Virus record (IMG/VR): IMGVR_UViG_3300009082_000023
Location: 1 to 52,889 of that record
DNA from: a virus
Lineage: Duplodnaviria > Caudoviricetes
Direction: 5' to 3' (one strand)
Length of the DNA stretch: 52,889 nt
Each line of letters opens with the position of its first letter. Within the stretch, counting starts at the first letter, position 1. The position numbers and the translations under genes were made by a program. Below are positions 17,827 through 28,309 of this stretch, in pieces. The notes beneath the pieces are model-generated. The model worked only from the letters and a program-made list of their open reading frames with translations, was not told the origin of the DNA and did no database searches.

Positions 17827-18552
17827 CTACTTAATAAACTGATGTCCGGTTATAAGGATGGCAGTTGTTAGTACCACATGAAACCAGGTCTTTTGATAAA
17901 ACTTCTTATTCTCCTTAATGATCAGTGCCTCCATTGAATTGACTTTCAGATAAGGATTTTCAGTTGTAAATATGCCAACCGGTTTAACTTTCAGGAATCC
18001 TGCTTTCTGATAACCGAGAGTCAGCTCCCCGGAAAACAAAGTCTCAAGTTTGAACCAAGCGAGTTTATTTGTGTCCATTCCTGCATTAAGAGTAAGATAC
18101 TTCTCGTTGATTTTTAATAGATCAAAAGGTATTTTAACATAACTCTGATAAACCCCTGATGTATCTTTTATAGTTATTATTGTCGTACCCGGAACCAATT
18201 TTAACGAATCCCTGAGTATCTTAATCGTACTCTCCAGTTTAGTATTTGCCAAAACCTGTTTCAAATGTAGGGCTTTCAGACGTTCTTTCTCAAGTAATCC
18301 TGCCCGGATAGCATCTTTTTGATCTTCAATAATGGCATTTTTTACTGATACAAAGTTTTCCAGTGACCCTATTTTAACAGAATACCTTTGAATTGTATCC
18401 CTGTACGCTGTCAGATTAGCCACATTTAAGGCTCTTTCTTTTTTCAAGGGGCTATGCCCAAAAAAATAACCTATGCTTAAAACGCAAATAAACGCTAAAA
18501 TAAGCCATATTCGTTTTTTTAACCAGTCAAGTAGTTTTGTAAACATCTGCAT
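17827..18552 (-). CDS. membrane-anchored coiled-coil lysis-cassette protein (spanin-like)
   Basis: N- and C-terminal hydrophobic segments with a coiled coil; last gene of the lysis cassette. Confidence 0.55.
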   Translation of the reverse strand: MQMFTKLLDWLKKRIWLILAFICVLSIGYFFGHSPLKKERALNVANLTAYRDTIQRYSVKIGSLENFVSVKNAIIEDQKDAIRAGLLEKERLKALHLKQVLANTKLESTIKILRDSLKLVPGTTIITIKDTSGVYQSYVKIPFDLLKINEKYLTLNAGMDTNKLAWFKLETLFSGELTLGYQKAGFLKVKPVGIFTTENPYLKVNSMEALIIKENKKFYQKTWFHVVLTTAILITGHQFIK

Positions 18553-18763
18553 CGGTTACCATTTTAGTAATGAACTTAAAAAGCACAGCGAAAGCACTCC
18601 ATCCCCACGTAACCCACTCTTTACCGGCAAAGTCAGGGACTTCCATCATGATAGGATCAATAACCAGGATAGTTGCAAGGATAATATCTGCAATCTTTTT
18701 AAGCGTTACCGGTGTACGCTTACTGTAATTCTCCGGATGAATTGAATAGTTAGCGATTCTCAT
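18527..18763 (-). CDS. holin-like membrane protein
   Basis: 78 aa, two hydrophobic segments, TP...KKIAD motif, next to the endolysin. Confidence 0.6.
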   Translation of the reverse strand: MRIANYSIHPENYSKRTPVTLKKIADIILATILVIDPIMMEVPDFAGKEWVTWGWSAFAVLFKFITKMVTDADVYKTT

Positions 18764-18870
18764 TTCAGTATCTTATTAATGTTTGCAATAATCAGTACAC
18801 AAGCAATGATCAATATAATCCAGCCGTAATCATCAAAAAATTGATATGCTTTTTTAAACGTCTCTTTCAT
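18760..18870 (-). CDS. 36-aa membrane peptide not in the ORF track
   Basis: MKETFKKAYQFFDDYGWIILIIACVLIIANINKILK*; ATGA-coupled to the next gene. Confidence 0.5.
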   Translation of the reverse strand: MKETFKKAYQFFDDYGWIILIIACVLIIANINKILK

Positions 18871-19285
18871 TCTGAATCAGTTCAAAGTGAGGTTCATCCC
18901 GGAAGCTGTCATCATGAATGTCTCCATCCATATCAAAGTCAGCCCCGAGCCGTATCCGGTGCGAAATAGTTCCTATCCTGTAAAGCTGATCAGCACACGC
19001 CTTTACATATCCGGCAAAGAAAAGCATCTGATCCCGGGTCCAGTCAATTTTGCCTTTTACGTAAGGAGCAGCGTCAACGGCCCACGAAGGATTCTTATTA
19101 TGTTTTGAATTAGGATATTGCAGTTTACTTTTGCCCTCTGCAAATGCTTTGTCCTGTTCGGGCTTATCCCGGTGGCCACATACGATTGTCGTATCCATGT
19201 CTATAATAACATGGTTGAAAAGGGTCTGCAAGTCCCTGTGTGCGGTCTTTAGTCTTGCCTTGCTTGTTTCTGAAAAATGGTTCAT
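18854..19285 (-). CDS. endolysin, M15-family (L-Ala-D-Glu) peptidase
   Basis: GHR...Q, SKHN....AVD, D.PHFEL. Confidence 0.9.
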   Translation of the reverse strand: MNHFSETSKARLKTAHRDLQTLFNHVIIDMDTTIVCGHRDKPEQDKAFAEGKSKLQYPNSKHNKNPSWAVDAAPYVKGKIDWTRDQMLFFAGYVKACADQLYRIGTISHRIRLGADFDMDGDIHDDSFRDEPHFELIQNERDV

Positions 19286-19524
19286 TTCTGTGAGTATATT
19301 TCAATAAGGTGGTCTATTTTAGTGAGTATCTCTTTATGATCTTCCCTGTTTATCTTCTCTGCCAGAAGCGTGGCTATCTCTCTTTGAAGCAATTCTCTGT
19401 TAATAGCATTTATACGCATATCAACTTTCGTTATGTCAATCTTCAGCTTCAGGTAAACCCCGAATATTGTAGAGAGCAGAAAGACTGCTGATATGATAAC
19501 CGATATGACCTGAAAAGTATTCAT
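19282..19524 (-). CDS. small single-TM protein (holin/antiholin-like)
   Basis: N-terminal TM helix plus coiled coil. Confidence 0.55.
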   Translation of the reverse strand: MNTFQVISVIISAVFLLSTIFGVYLKLKIDITKVDMRINAINRELLQREIATLLAEKINREDHKEILTKIDHLIEIYSQK

Positions 19525-19745
19525 CTTAGTTCCTTTGTTGAGTCCTCCAGTCTCTTTATGAATATACTATCTTCCGTCACCGGGGTTCCATGTATTGCTC
19601 TTGTCGGTGCATTGAGGACTCTGTAATAATATATTGAATCGGAAAGCTCCTGCGAGTACTTGTATGACACATAACTGACCGTCCCTATGCTCATAAAGAT
19701 AAGTGCCACCCATATTGATAGAAAAACAATTACCCGTTTATTCAT
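19521..19745 (-). CDS. small membrane protein (probable start at MNKRVIV)
   Basis: TM helix; lysis region. Confidence 0.45.
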   Translation of the reverse strand: MNKRVIVFLSIWVALIFMSIGTVSYVSYKYSQELSDSIYYYRVLNAPTRAIHGTPVTEDSIFIKRLEDSTKELR

Positions 19746-19980
19746 CTTTGAGGTCATCAATTTTCTTTTCAAGTTTATCAATAGCCTTAATGACAAGTTC
19801 AAACTCATTACGGGATACTTTCTCCTTTTGTAGACACTGAATATCATACTCGGCTCTGTTTATTTTGGTCTCCATGATTGCTTTGCCGCCCCACAACCCG
19901 AAGGATATGGTTGTGACACTGATTATCAATGTCAACAACCACTGTGGAACAACTACCGTTTTTGATTTATCTATTGTCAT
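19738..19980 (-). CDS. small single-TM protein
   Basis: TM helix plus coiled coil; lysis region. Confidence 0.55.
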   Translation of the reverse strand: MTIDKSKTVVVPQWLLTLIISVTTISFGLWGGKAIMETKINRAEYDIQCLQKEKVSRNEFELVIKAIDKLEKKIDDLKDE

Positions 19981-20022
19981 ATCTCATCTGTCATAATCTC
20001 TCGGAGACGCGTATCAGCTCCT

Positions 20023-21510
20023 CTAAGTTGGTTTATTCATTAGTTTCATTAAGAAACAATATTGAGCACACTGATTTGCAAGTGATGAATTATGAACCAA
20101 CATATAACCATCACTATCAATCTTAAAAGGTTTTTGCACTGATAGAAAAACCGGATGAACTGGCAGGTGTTGAAAATACTCATCCGGTATATTCTGCCAT
20201 GTCACACCATAATCATTTGATCCTACTATACTGGGAGAATCAGTAAAACGTGTTGATATCATGTGTTCCCCATATTCAGACAACCCTATCATGTCTTCAT
20301 TTACAGACCCCCCTGACAGAAATAATGCTGTATGATCTCCATGATCGGTACTGAATATATTTGCAAGTGAACATTGATAAATACCACCACCATCTCCTGC
20401 ATCATTTGTCCATATTACTGTACTTGCATCAGGGAATCTCATACCTGCCACTCTGAAGAAATTCCCCGCATCAGTCATCGCGTGCCATGTCAAAGTCCAT
20501 ACATCTGTTACAGTATTATAATGACCTTCCAATATTCCACATTCTACGCCATGATCCCCCGTACAGAAATAGAAAGTCTCATTATAAGAATTAAAAGCAG
20601 TATAATGGAAGTGATGACAGTAAATAGGATTAGTTACATCTCCGATAATATTTCCCCCTGCCCCCGCATAAGATGTACCGTCATCTCTTTCAGCAGGATT
20701 ATCACCAAACTTATACATTATCTTTATCGTTGCCCCACCATCTGCCGTATAATATATATTAATAGGTGTTGCCCCTACATCATCCTGCCCCTGCCAATAT
20801 GCCCCCCATGCAAGAACTTCAACACCATCTACCATATAAGATTCAGTCATAAGAGCACCAAAATATAAACCGGGCAATGCAGCATTCACAGGAACGTGCC
20901 TTACAAGACCGGGAACTGTGATTTCATTTACTGTCGTTAGTAAATCCTGAGAAGAATAAATCTTATTATCATCCTCCTTCCCTGCAACAATTACAGAACC
21001 ATCTTTAAACACCCATGCCATACGAAGGTTAGCTGCTGTAAATGCTATCTGTTTTGAATACGGCCACGTAGCCCCCCCGTCAGCCGAAAGATATAAAATA
21101 TCGCTTCCCCATATCATTGCTAACTTCCAATCATCCTGCTGACATACTATCCTTGCATAATCACTCCCAATATAAAGTTGTTTTAACTTTGGGAAAAATG
21201 GAGGTACTTCTGCCTGAAATAATTCTGCCTGTCCATTGACTATTCCAAAATTAGTATTCATCCCAGAGATTAAAGCTCCTGCCGTAGTTACTATGTCTGT
21301 ATGTGCCTTTGCCCTGCCTGTTGATGACTTATTAATATCATCAATAGCAGTATTAACCGAACTGACAAAATCCTGATATGTACTAACCGAACCAAGTACC
21401 GTATCAGAATCACCCGTTGCCATGTTCTCAATATCTGATATATTGGCATTAATGGCAGCTAATAGCCGAGTCCCGTTCATTGAATATGTTAATGTCTGAA
21501 TAGCCATCAC
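20023..21510 (-). CDS. tail spike/receptor-binding protein with Asp-box (BNR) beta-propeller
   Basis: SADGGATW, TADGGATI and SNDYGVTW Asp-boxes; follows the tail genes. Confidence 0.7.
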   Translation of the reverse strand: MMAIQTLTYSMNGTRLLAAINANISDIENMATGDSDTVLGSVSTYQDFVSSVNTAIDDINKSSTGRAKAHTDIVTTAGALISGMNTNFGIVNGQAELFQAEVPPFFPKLKQLYIGSDYARIVCQQDDWKLAMIWGSDILYLSADGGATWPYSKQIAFTAANLRMAWVFKDGSVIVAGKEDDNKIYSSQDLLTTVNEITVPGLVRHVPVNAALPGLYFGALMTESYMVDGVEVLAWGAYWQGQDDVGATPINIYYTADGGATIKIMYKFGDNPAERDDGTSYAGAGGNIIGDVTNPIYCHHFHYTAFNSYNETFYFCTGDHGVECGILEGHYNTVTDVWTLTWHAMTDAGNFFRVAGMRFPDASTVIWTNDAGDGGGIYQCSLANIFSTDHGDHTALFLSGGSVNEDMIGLSEYGEHMISTRFTDSPSIVGSNDYGVTWQNIPDEYFQHLPVHPVFLSVQKPFKIDSDGYMLVHNSSLANQCAQYCFLMKLMNKPT

Positions 21511-22631
21511 AGTCCATTTATTTCCTTCAGATTATTATATATAAGGGCTTTTGTTGCTGTATCACTTGCGGCATTTCCTAAAATAATATCTTTAACCTGA
21601 GCATTTGCCCACGAGCTTGCACCTAAACCTCGTGCAAATAATGTAAAACCACCAGCATTGGATGCCCCACAATCAAATACATCTGTTACTGTTTGATTTA
21701 TTTGAAATTCACTATTAACTCCATTAAACAATACTCTTATAATACCCCACGTATTAACAGCGAGATTAGCATTTTTTGCACTGGTACCCCCTATCCCGAC
21801 TTGAAGTTTCGGAGTAATATCCTCTTGCCAAAATTTCATTGTATCATTCGTATTCCCATCAAAAATCCTATCATAACGAGTCCATGTAACTTGTTTTATT
21901 ACCATCCATACCTCTTCGGGTTGACTCCAAGTAAAGGCAGCAGTTTTCAGAAAATCATCTGCCCCGTCACCTAATATTCCATCTGCACTCAATACGGGTT
22001 TTATTCCATCAGCACCCGCCTGTAAAAGAGGATTCGCAGAACCAAGCCAATCTGCCCATGCAGAGACTAACCCTCCAACTTGTGTAACGCCTGTTAAATA
22101 ATTATACCACTTATAGTGTCCATTATGTAACGGGCTCCATAACTTACTCGGCCTGTTTGACTTTAAAAATCCATTAAGATTAAGCTCATTGAAATAATAC
22201 ATATAGAGGCTAAAATCTTTGCTTAACTTGTCCTCTATTGTCTGAGTGATAGTTGCCGTTGACTTAAAAATAAGTATAGCCTCAATAGTATTAGGTGCAT
22301 CATTCAGATATTTTACAAATGTTCTCCCAAAATTATATCCTATTAATTCGGCAGTTGTTACTGTCCTTTGTGCTGCTGCGGATGTAAACCACACATAATC
22401 AGTATCAGCACTTTTATAAGTAGCAGTATTGGGACAGGTATAAGTCTCTGATCCGGCAACTCCGGCAACAGTAAGGTAATCAGTTGCACCCGAAACTTTA
22501 TTAGGCATCTGACCACCGGAAATGTCAGAATAAAGTCCAAAAAACAATACCTCTGATTGACGAGCCCAGTACTGGCTAAAGCTAAATCCACCGTGTTTAA
22601 AACAATTACCTATACCTATCCCGATAGCCAT
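21507..22631 (-). CDS. tail fibre/receptor-binding protein, LamG/ConA-like C-terminus
   Basis: MAIGIGIG start; VSAWAD...Q...P....DG.DDFL beta-rich pattern. Confidence 0.6.
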   Translation of the reverse strand: MAIGIGIGNCFKHGGFSFSQYWARQSEVLFFGLYSDISGGQMPNKVSGATDYLTVAGVAGSETYTCPNTATYKSADTDYVWFTSAAAQRTVTTAELIGYNFGRTFVKYLNDAPNTIEAILIFKSTATITQTIEDKLSKDFSLYMYYFNELNLNGFLKSNRPSKLWSPLHNGHYKWYNYLTGVTQVGGLVSAWADWLGSANPLLQAGADGIKPVLSADGILGDGADDFLKTAAFTWSQPEEVWMVIKQVTWTRYDRIFDGNTNDTMKFWQEDITPKLQVGIGGTSAKNANLAVNTWGIIRVLFNGVNSEFQINQTVTDVFDCGASNAGGFTLFARGLGASSWANAQVKDIILGNAASDTATKALIYNNLKEINGL

Positions 22632-22701
22632 GTCAATTATGTATTAATAAAGGTCACACAACGAGACAATATATATCCGTTGCATGACCCTGTTTCTCAT
22701 C

Positions 22702-23097
22702 TCAATATCCTACCGAAAATAACCCCGTAGTGCCAACATCGACAGAAAGTAATCGTGCTGGATACCACTGTCCTAAGTACGCCGTTGACTGTGTAGGGGT
22801 TATCATGAAGTCGCTCCCATCGGCGAGGGTAACATAATATATCCCCGCATCGGTTTCTATGGTTATCATAAACGTCCCGTCAAAATTAGTATTCGGATTA
22901 CCGTCAGGATCAACTCCCGGAGTATAGTCAGTAACAAGAGCTGCCCCGTCAATAGGGCCGAGTACATTAGTATCAGTACCCACGATCTGGAGGTCAACAT
23001 AACCCCCCAGGGAGTCTTTAAGTGCCGCTCCTTTTTCTGTATGATGCAGGTCGCCGCAAACTTGCTTCTTAAACCCGCTTGCTTTTGGTTCGCTCAT
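22702..23097 (-). CDS. putative structural protein
   Basis: position in the tail module; beta-rich sequence. Confidence 0.5.
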   Translation of the reverse strand: MSEPKASGFKKQVCGDLHHTEKGAALKDSLGGYVDLQIVGTDTNVLGPIDGAALVTDYTPGVDPDGNPNTNFDGTFMITIETDAGIYYVTLADGSDFMITPTQSTAYLGQWYPARLLSVDVGTTGLFSVGY

Positions 23098-23888
23098 TAC
23101 TGTTCCCTCCCTTGTTCACCTTCGTTACTAAATACTTTCAAAGCCAGATTACCACATGAGTCTTCAGCAAAGACATTCTCTGCCAAAGCCCTCTCAGCCG
23201 GGATGTGATTGATAGCACACGTCCAGAAAGCTATCAGGTCATCACAGTAACCCTCTACAATAGCTATATTGATATAATAATGACCGTCATATTCTACAAT
23301 ACACCTTGCAAGTAATTCAATAAATGACTCCGGCGACTCCACACATTTTGTATGATAATCCGTAAACGTATCACTATCACTGAATAGCTTGATTAGCAAC
23401 CTGTCACAGTCATCTTTTGCAAAGACATTAGCGACAAGCAACCTTTCGGATTCAATGGCATTGGTGGTACAATCCAGTATTGGTGTCAGCTCACTGCATG
23501 ACCCGTGGTCAATGACTGCATTTATCTTCGTATGACCTGCATAAACAACTATACACCGTGCCAGCATCTCAAGAAACGAAATCTGCATCTCTGCACACTC
23601 ATTATAGTCTGTCCAGTCGTTATCGGAGTTTGAAAATATCTTCCATGCAAGATAATTACAGTCATCCAGGGCAAAGGTATTCTCAACTAACAGCCTGTCG
23701 GGAGTGAAATGGTTAGTGTCGCAATCTACAAGGGTACTAAGCTCAGTGCAATCATCTTCATATACCAAGCTATTAATCCGGTAGTGCGTCACGCCAGCAA
23801 TATCCTGATAGCCGTAAATCGTGGAACCAAGCATCTGGATAAACCTCAGTGCCAGGCTCCCGCATCCTGTATTCTGATCTGTTGCCAT
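23097..23888 (-). CDS. Cys-rich structural protein with three ~85-aa repeats
   Basis: repeated F.(E/Q)(M/L)L...I..Y...IN...C..L....C..N....R.L..N.FA.D.C..L..K.FS. Confidence 0.6.
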   Translation of the reverse strand: MATDQNTGCGSLALRFIQMLGSTIYGYQDIAGVTHYRINSLVYEDDCTELSTLVDCDTNHFTPDRLLVENTFALDDCNYLAWKIFSNSDNDWTDYNECAEMQISFLEMLARCIVVYAGHTKINAVIDHGSCSELTPILDCTTNAIESERLLVANVFAKDDCDRLLIKLFSDSDTFTDYHTKCVESPESFIELLARCIVEYDGHYYINIAIVEGYCDDLIAFWTCAINHIPAERALAENVFAEDSCGNLALKVFSNEGEQGREQ

Positions 23889-24460
23889 TATGCTATGGGT
23901 GAAAAATGTTGACGGAAAGGATGATTCTTACTTGACCAGGTTACCTTTATCATGTACTTGATCAATTCCTGACGGCTCCTCGGTATGACCATGTTCATCT
24001 TAACCGATACGTCTAGCCCCTGCCATCCCCCGAACATTATACCGTCAGCAGTCTGATAGTTGGCTTTATAAGAACCGTTACATTCTGAACCGAGTAAGAA
24101 GTTATAGTTTATCTCATTGGTCTCGTCAACCTCTAAGTTAAGAGTAAACTTCTTATAACCATAGACAATACGGTCGCCAGATATGGTCGTCTCTGTCTGT
24201 TCCGGCTCTGGCTGTTCACCAATGACATGGATAGCCCTGATGTCATCTATCTCAGTGCCAGCTTCAGATAGATGAGTAAGCCAGTTAGCTATATGGTCAT
24301 ACTCGTCCTGATTTGCAAAAGGCGGGGTATCGCTGTCAACCCACAAATATAACCACTCAATCTCCCCCGGATGTGTCTCCGGCGCACACTCACTAAAACT
24401 CACCGCTTCCAATACTCCCTCGCAGGTAGTAGGACATTCGGGTAAAAGATAAATACTCAT
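23888..24460 (-). CDS. putative major tail tube protein
   Basis: 190 aa, acidic and beta-rich, G..P.PE.T hairpin region; upstream intergenic gap. Confidence 0.5.
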   Translation of the reverse strand: MSIYLLPECPTTCEGVLEAVSFSECAPETHPGEIEWLYLWVDSDTPPFANQDEYDHIANWLTHLSEAGTEIDDIRAIHVIGEQPEPEQTETTISGDRIVYGYKKFTLNLEVDETNEINYNFLLGSECNGSYKANYQTADGIMFGGWQGLDVSVKMNMVIPRSRQELIKYMIKVTWSSKNHPFRQHFSPIA

Positions 24461-24521
24461 TTCACTTCAATTTTAAATTAATACTCAAAAATAACTTATC
24501 TATATCTCTCACTCAAAAACA

Positions 24522-26471
24522 TTATGTTAAATTATTACAACACCCTCCGACGACGAAAGCCTCGTCATAATCAAACGTTATGTCAAACTTGACATAGTAT
24601 TTATCATCAAAGAGATATTCATGTTCCGGATCCCAGTTATAAACATCATGTGTGTCACCAACACGGTCAATAAGTTCAATCGTATCGTGAAGCATGATCC
24701 TGTAAATCACATCTGCCATATATCCCGGAAGCTCTTTTGTTCGCAAAAGATATTTCTTGTCCTGCCGTCCAAACGAACGGATGAACTTGCCGTATCCGTC
24801 TTTTGAACCTTCTTCGTCTAACGGGAAAGTGTTCTCCATAGGCTCTGATTCCAGCCACATTGACTGCGTTAATCCGTCTTCATATAATATATCACCCAAG
24901 TCGCAGGTATTTGAGAAGTTTATCCTCGTGTATTTCTCGGAATATTGGCGAATGATTAAGACTTCTGATGTAGAGAAGTTTGCGGCGGCTGTGTTTGCGA
25001 GATACACATAATAAGTGTCGGCTGTGGTAGCCGTGAGAGTTATAACATTAAGCCCGGCAACAATAGCATTACTATCTACCCACCCCACGGTGTTCCTTAA
25101 ATAAATAGTGGGAAGCTGACCGCTATTCTGTGTATGAAAAAATATAACTGTTATATTCTCTAATTGTGTTAATACAAAAGTATCTGATTCCGCGCTTCCG
25201 TTAGCTCCTGTCTCAATGGCTGAAGTTATAGCTGTATCAACAGAGGTAAAGGTCTCGTATGTAGTGCTGCTCCACTCTGTTATGAGATTAGGATATATAC
25301 AATCCACATCAAAATAATCGGAATAATAAATATGACCGTCTGCGGTTGTGAATTTAAGATAGTAAAAACCTGCTGTTAATAGTGTCCCTAATGTGCCGCC
25401 CTTATACTGGAAATAATCATTAGTAAGGGCAGTATAAAGAGATGGGTGGACAGATATATAACCACTATCTATTATTTTTAGATTACAATTAACAAGTTCA
25501 GTATCAGAATTAAATATATAAACTCGTAAATCAACCCCGGTATTTATTATCGGTGTGAGATAAGCAACGTGTTCGCCGGCCACTAATGTCACAGTATTAG
25601 AACTTGTTACAAGACCTGTGGCTGCATCTCTTAATTCTATTTTAGGTGCAGTTCCTGAATTTAATGTCAAATCATAATATATTCTTAACTTATTTATTAA
25701 GTATCCGGGAATTAATATCTCGCCTGCTATTGTTGGTGCATAAGTCATTGTTAAATATGCAGTTTCTTCACCGGCCCCAACTGTTTTTCTTAAATCATCA
25801 ATATAGACATCCCCATAGCTTTGTGAGAATGTATCATAACTTACATTTTGTCCATCCGTAAGTTTAAATCTGTTAGAATAAAATAACTCATTAGAATATG
25901 GGAGACTTAATGAGACATTAGTAAATGAATAATTACTTGCGGCAACATAGCCCATTGCTATTTGATAATAATTATCCGCAGCTAATGTCCATGTATAATC
26001 ATTCTGTCCTGCCTGAGCTGTATATTGTGTTACTAATGCACCACCTGCAATATTACATCTTATTGATGGTGCTGAACCAGCCGCAAGAGAAAAATTGCCG
26101 GATAATGTAATAATATCTCCAACTCTCCCCCAGAATGTAATATGTAGATATATGTAATGTGCCACATTACTCTGTATAACTTGATTGACTTCAAGATTAT
26201 TAACATTAAATGTAGGACATGAATTATTTGACCATATATTATACCTATTAAATGAAGATGAGATATTGTTCCCGTCTTTGTTTTTAAGATCAATCCATGT
26301 TATCTCTCCCGGATCATCAGCCTCCACGTTCCATTCCATTGAAGGCAGTCGCCACTGCGGAGTCTTAATAGGAGAAAGCATATCAAGTTTTGAGGCTTTT
26401 ACTTTCTCGTAGTTCTGTTTTGCCAGCCTATCGTAAACAGGTAGTGTAGTGTAAATTGTTTTCATCAGCAA
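24522..26471 (-). CDS. tail tip/structural protein with three inserted beta-sandwich repeats
   Basis: downstream of the tape measure and hub genes; internal repeats. Confidence 0.55.
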   Translation of the reverse strand: MLMKTIYTTLPVYDRLAKQNYEKVKASKLDMLSPIKTPQWRLPSMEWNVEADDPGEITWIDLKNKDGNNISSSFNRYNIWSNNSCPTFNVNNLEVNQVIQSNVAHYIYLHITFWGRVGDIITLSGNFSLAAGSAPSIRCNIAGGALVTQYTAQAGQNDYTWTLAADNYYQIAMGYVAASNYSFTNVSLSLPYSNELFYSNRFKLTDGQNVSYDTFSQSYGDVYIDDLRKTVGAGEETAYLTMTYAPTIAGEILIPGYLINKLRIYYDLTLNSGTAPKIELRDAATGLVTSSNTVTLVAGEHVAYLTPIINTGVDLRVYIFNSDTELVNCNLKIIDSGYISVHPSLYTALTNDYFQYKGGTLGTLLTAGFYYLKFTTADGHIYYSDYFDVDCIYPNLITEWSSTTYETFTSVDTAITSAIETGANGSAESDTFVLTQLENITVIFFHTQNSGQLPTIYLRNTVGWVDSNAIVAGLNVITLTATTADTYYVYLANTAAANFSTSEVLIIRQYSEKYTRINFSNTCDLGDILYEDGLTQSMWLESEPMENTFPLDEEGSKDGYGKFIRSFGRQDKKYLLRTKELPGYMADVIYRIMLHDTIELIDRVGDTHDVYNWDPEHEYLFDDKYYVKFDITFDYDEAFVVGGCCNNLT

Positions 26472-28309
26472 GTTGTTGAATAATCTCTTGTTAAATCATA
26501 ATTAGGCCATGCACCCCCGAGTTCATCGTCGACATGAGTCAGTACACAATCCGTTTGGTGACCTGCCCCATCCAGCCCCCATGCGATAGTTATAGTGGCC
26601 GTCCTGTCACCAGCAACAACGGCGGCATCCGTGCCTACATACCCGGAGTTCCATGTACCTCCATCAGCAGAGTGTTCACATATTATCCTCATCCGAGGCG
26701 GGTCAGCAGCAAGGGCAGCATCAGCAGCCTCCGTAAAGACAAGGTGGAACGTGGAGTCGTAGTTTGGCGCACCCCTGCCAACTTCAACAGCAAGAACGCA
26801 TTGTGAAGGTGCGTTGCCTGCATTGTTATTATTTTTAGGACCATAGAGGAGACTCAGTTTCATAAGTCCCGATGGCTCTAGCGATCCTTTCTCTACAATA
26901 GCCTTGACGCCTCCGAAATACGCCTCTCCCAACTCGGAAGTAATCTCTTTGTCAGGTTCAAACTCATCACAAAGGATAACAGATACCTCTTGTCTTTTTG
27001 TCTTCTTTGCCGTGTAGAAAGTCTCAAGAATACCATTCAGATAGCCCGTTATCATAACTCTATCGTGCCGGAAGAAAAACTCATGCAAAGCTCTCCACGA
27101 CAGGTCTCCGTTGAACTTAACAGGATAACCCGGAGCCACGCCCTTACCTGTCTCTGCAAGCTGAATATAATAGTTACCGCCGTCTTCGTAATTGGTCAAC
27201 AGAACAAAACCCTCATCCGAGATAACATCCGTTAAATCCGGGTCTGCCATACAATCCTGAATATACTCTATATCAGTGGTCACGTTTACCGATAGTTCCG
27301 TAGAGTTAGTTCCTGAGTCCTGGTTCACACATAACGAATCATACCATATATCATTAGCCATGAAATCCCCGTCGGCCTCTATGAATGCAAACTTCTCATA
27401 TTTAGGCATTGACTCTTTTGTGTAAACATATTTGTTTGAGGCCCTGGCTAAAGCATGGTCTATAAGGTTTATCCCACCGGCCACAGGCGGGTAGAAACTG
27501 ATATGTTCAACTCTTATGTTCCCCGCACTGTAATCCCACGTTACGTTAAACATCTTCAGCATATCCATAATAGAGTTGAAAGACACCATAGCGATAGTGG
27601 TGCCGTCTGTCGCCGCGGGGTGCTTTATGTCATTCTTTTGAGCTATCGTAACATAAAGGAGCCGGTTCACTGCTAAAGTAACAGGGTTATTCGCTGCTGT
27701 GAAGAAAGTGCTTGTAACACCCACAGCCCCTCCGCTGATGTCGTCAACAATATAAGTAATAACATCTAAAAGTAAGCGGTTACGAGTATAGGTATAAGTA
27801 GTCCCAGCCCGTGTCATCTCGGTAGTAACCAGCGGCACGTCGCCCGTTGGCATATCAATCATATTGTATTCGTTGTCGCCCTTGTCAAACCAAATGACAT
27901 AATCATCATCCAGCATAGGGGTTATCTCAAATAGACAGTTGTCAATATCAAACTTACCTTCAGATGTAGAAAAATAACCATTCCAGTACGTAGTCTCCAC
28001 GCCCGAAACAGTCTTCTTTATCTCTAATAAAACCTCTGCACACGGATCAGCCCCCTCAATTAACCAAAACAAATCCCAGTCATCCATACGGTTTTGTTCT
28101 GCCCCAGCATCATCAATGGCTATTGAATCAGTGCCGAACAGTAGTGAGCCGTTAAACTTTACCCGGTAAAAAATATGACCCGGTTCCTTTTCGTAAGTCA
28201 GTTGTGTAGATAGGAACTTCAAAGGAAATACTTCGTACTCTACCGCATCATACGTTACGTAAAATCTGTATAAAGGTATATTACCCGGTGTATATGGCCC
28301 GTAACTCAT
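26465..28309 (-). CDS. tail tip/hub protein
   Basis: immediately downstream of the tape measure gene. Confidence 0.55.
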   Translation of the reverse strand: MSYGPYTPGNIPLYRFYVTYDAVEYEVFPLKFLSTQLTYEKEPGHIFYRVKFNGSLLFGTDSIAIDDAGAEQNRMDDWDLFWLIEGADPCAEVLLEIKKTVSGVETTYWNGYFSTSEGKFDIDNCLFEITPMLDDDYVIWFDKGDNEYNMIDMPTGDVPLVTTEMTRAGTTYTYTRNRLLLDVITYIVDDISGGAVGVTSTFFTAANNPVTLAVNRLLYVTIAQKNDIKHPAATDGTTIAMVSFNSIMDMLKMFNVTWDYSAGNIRVEHISFYPPVAGGINLIDHALARASNKYVYTKESMPKYEKFAFIEADGDFMANDIWYDSLCVNQDSGTNSTELSVNVTTDIEYIQDCMADPDLTDVISDEGFVLLTNYEDGGNYYIQLAETGKGVAPGYPVKFNGDLSWRALHEFFFRHDRVMITGYLNGILETFYTAKKTKRQEVSVILCDEFEPDKEITSELGEAYFGGVKAIVEKGSLEPSGLMKLSLLYGPKNNNNAGNAPSQCVLAVEVGRGAPNYDSTFHLVFTEAADAALAADPPRMRIICEHSADGGTWNSGYVGTDAAVVAGDRTATITIAWGLDGAGHQTDCVLTHVDDELGGAWPNYDLTRDYSTTC

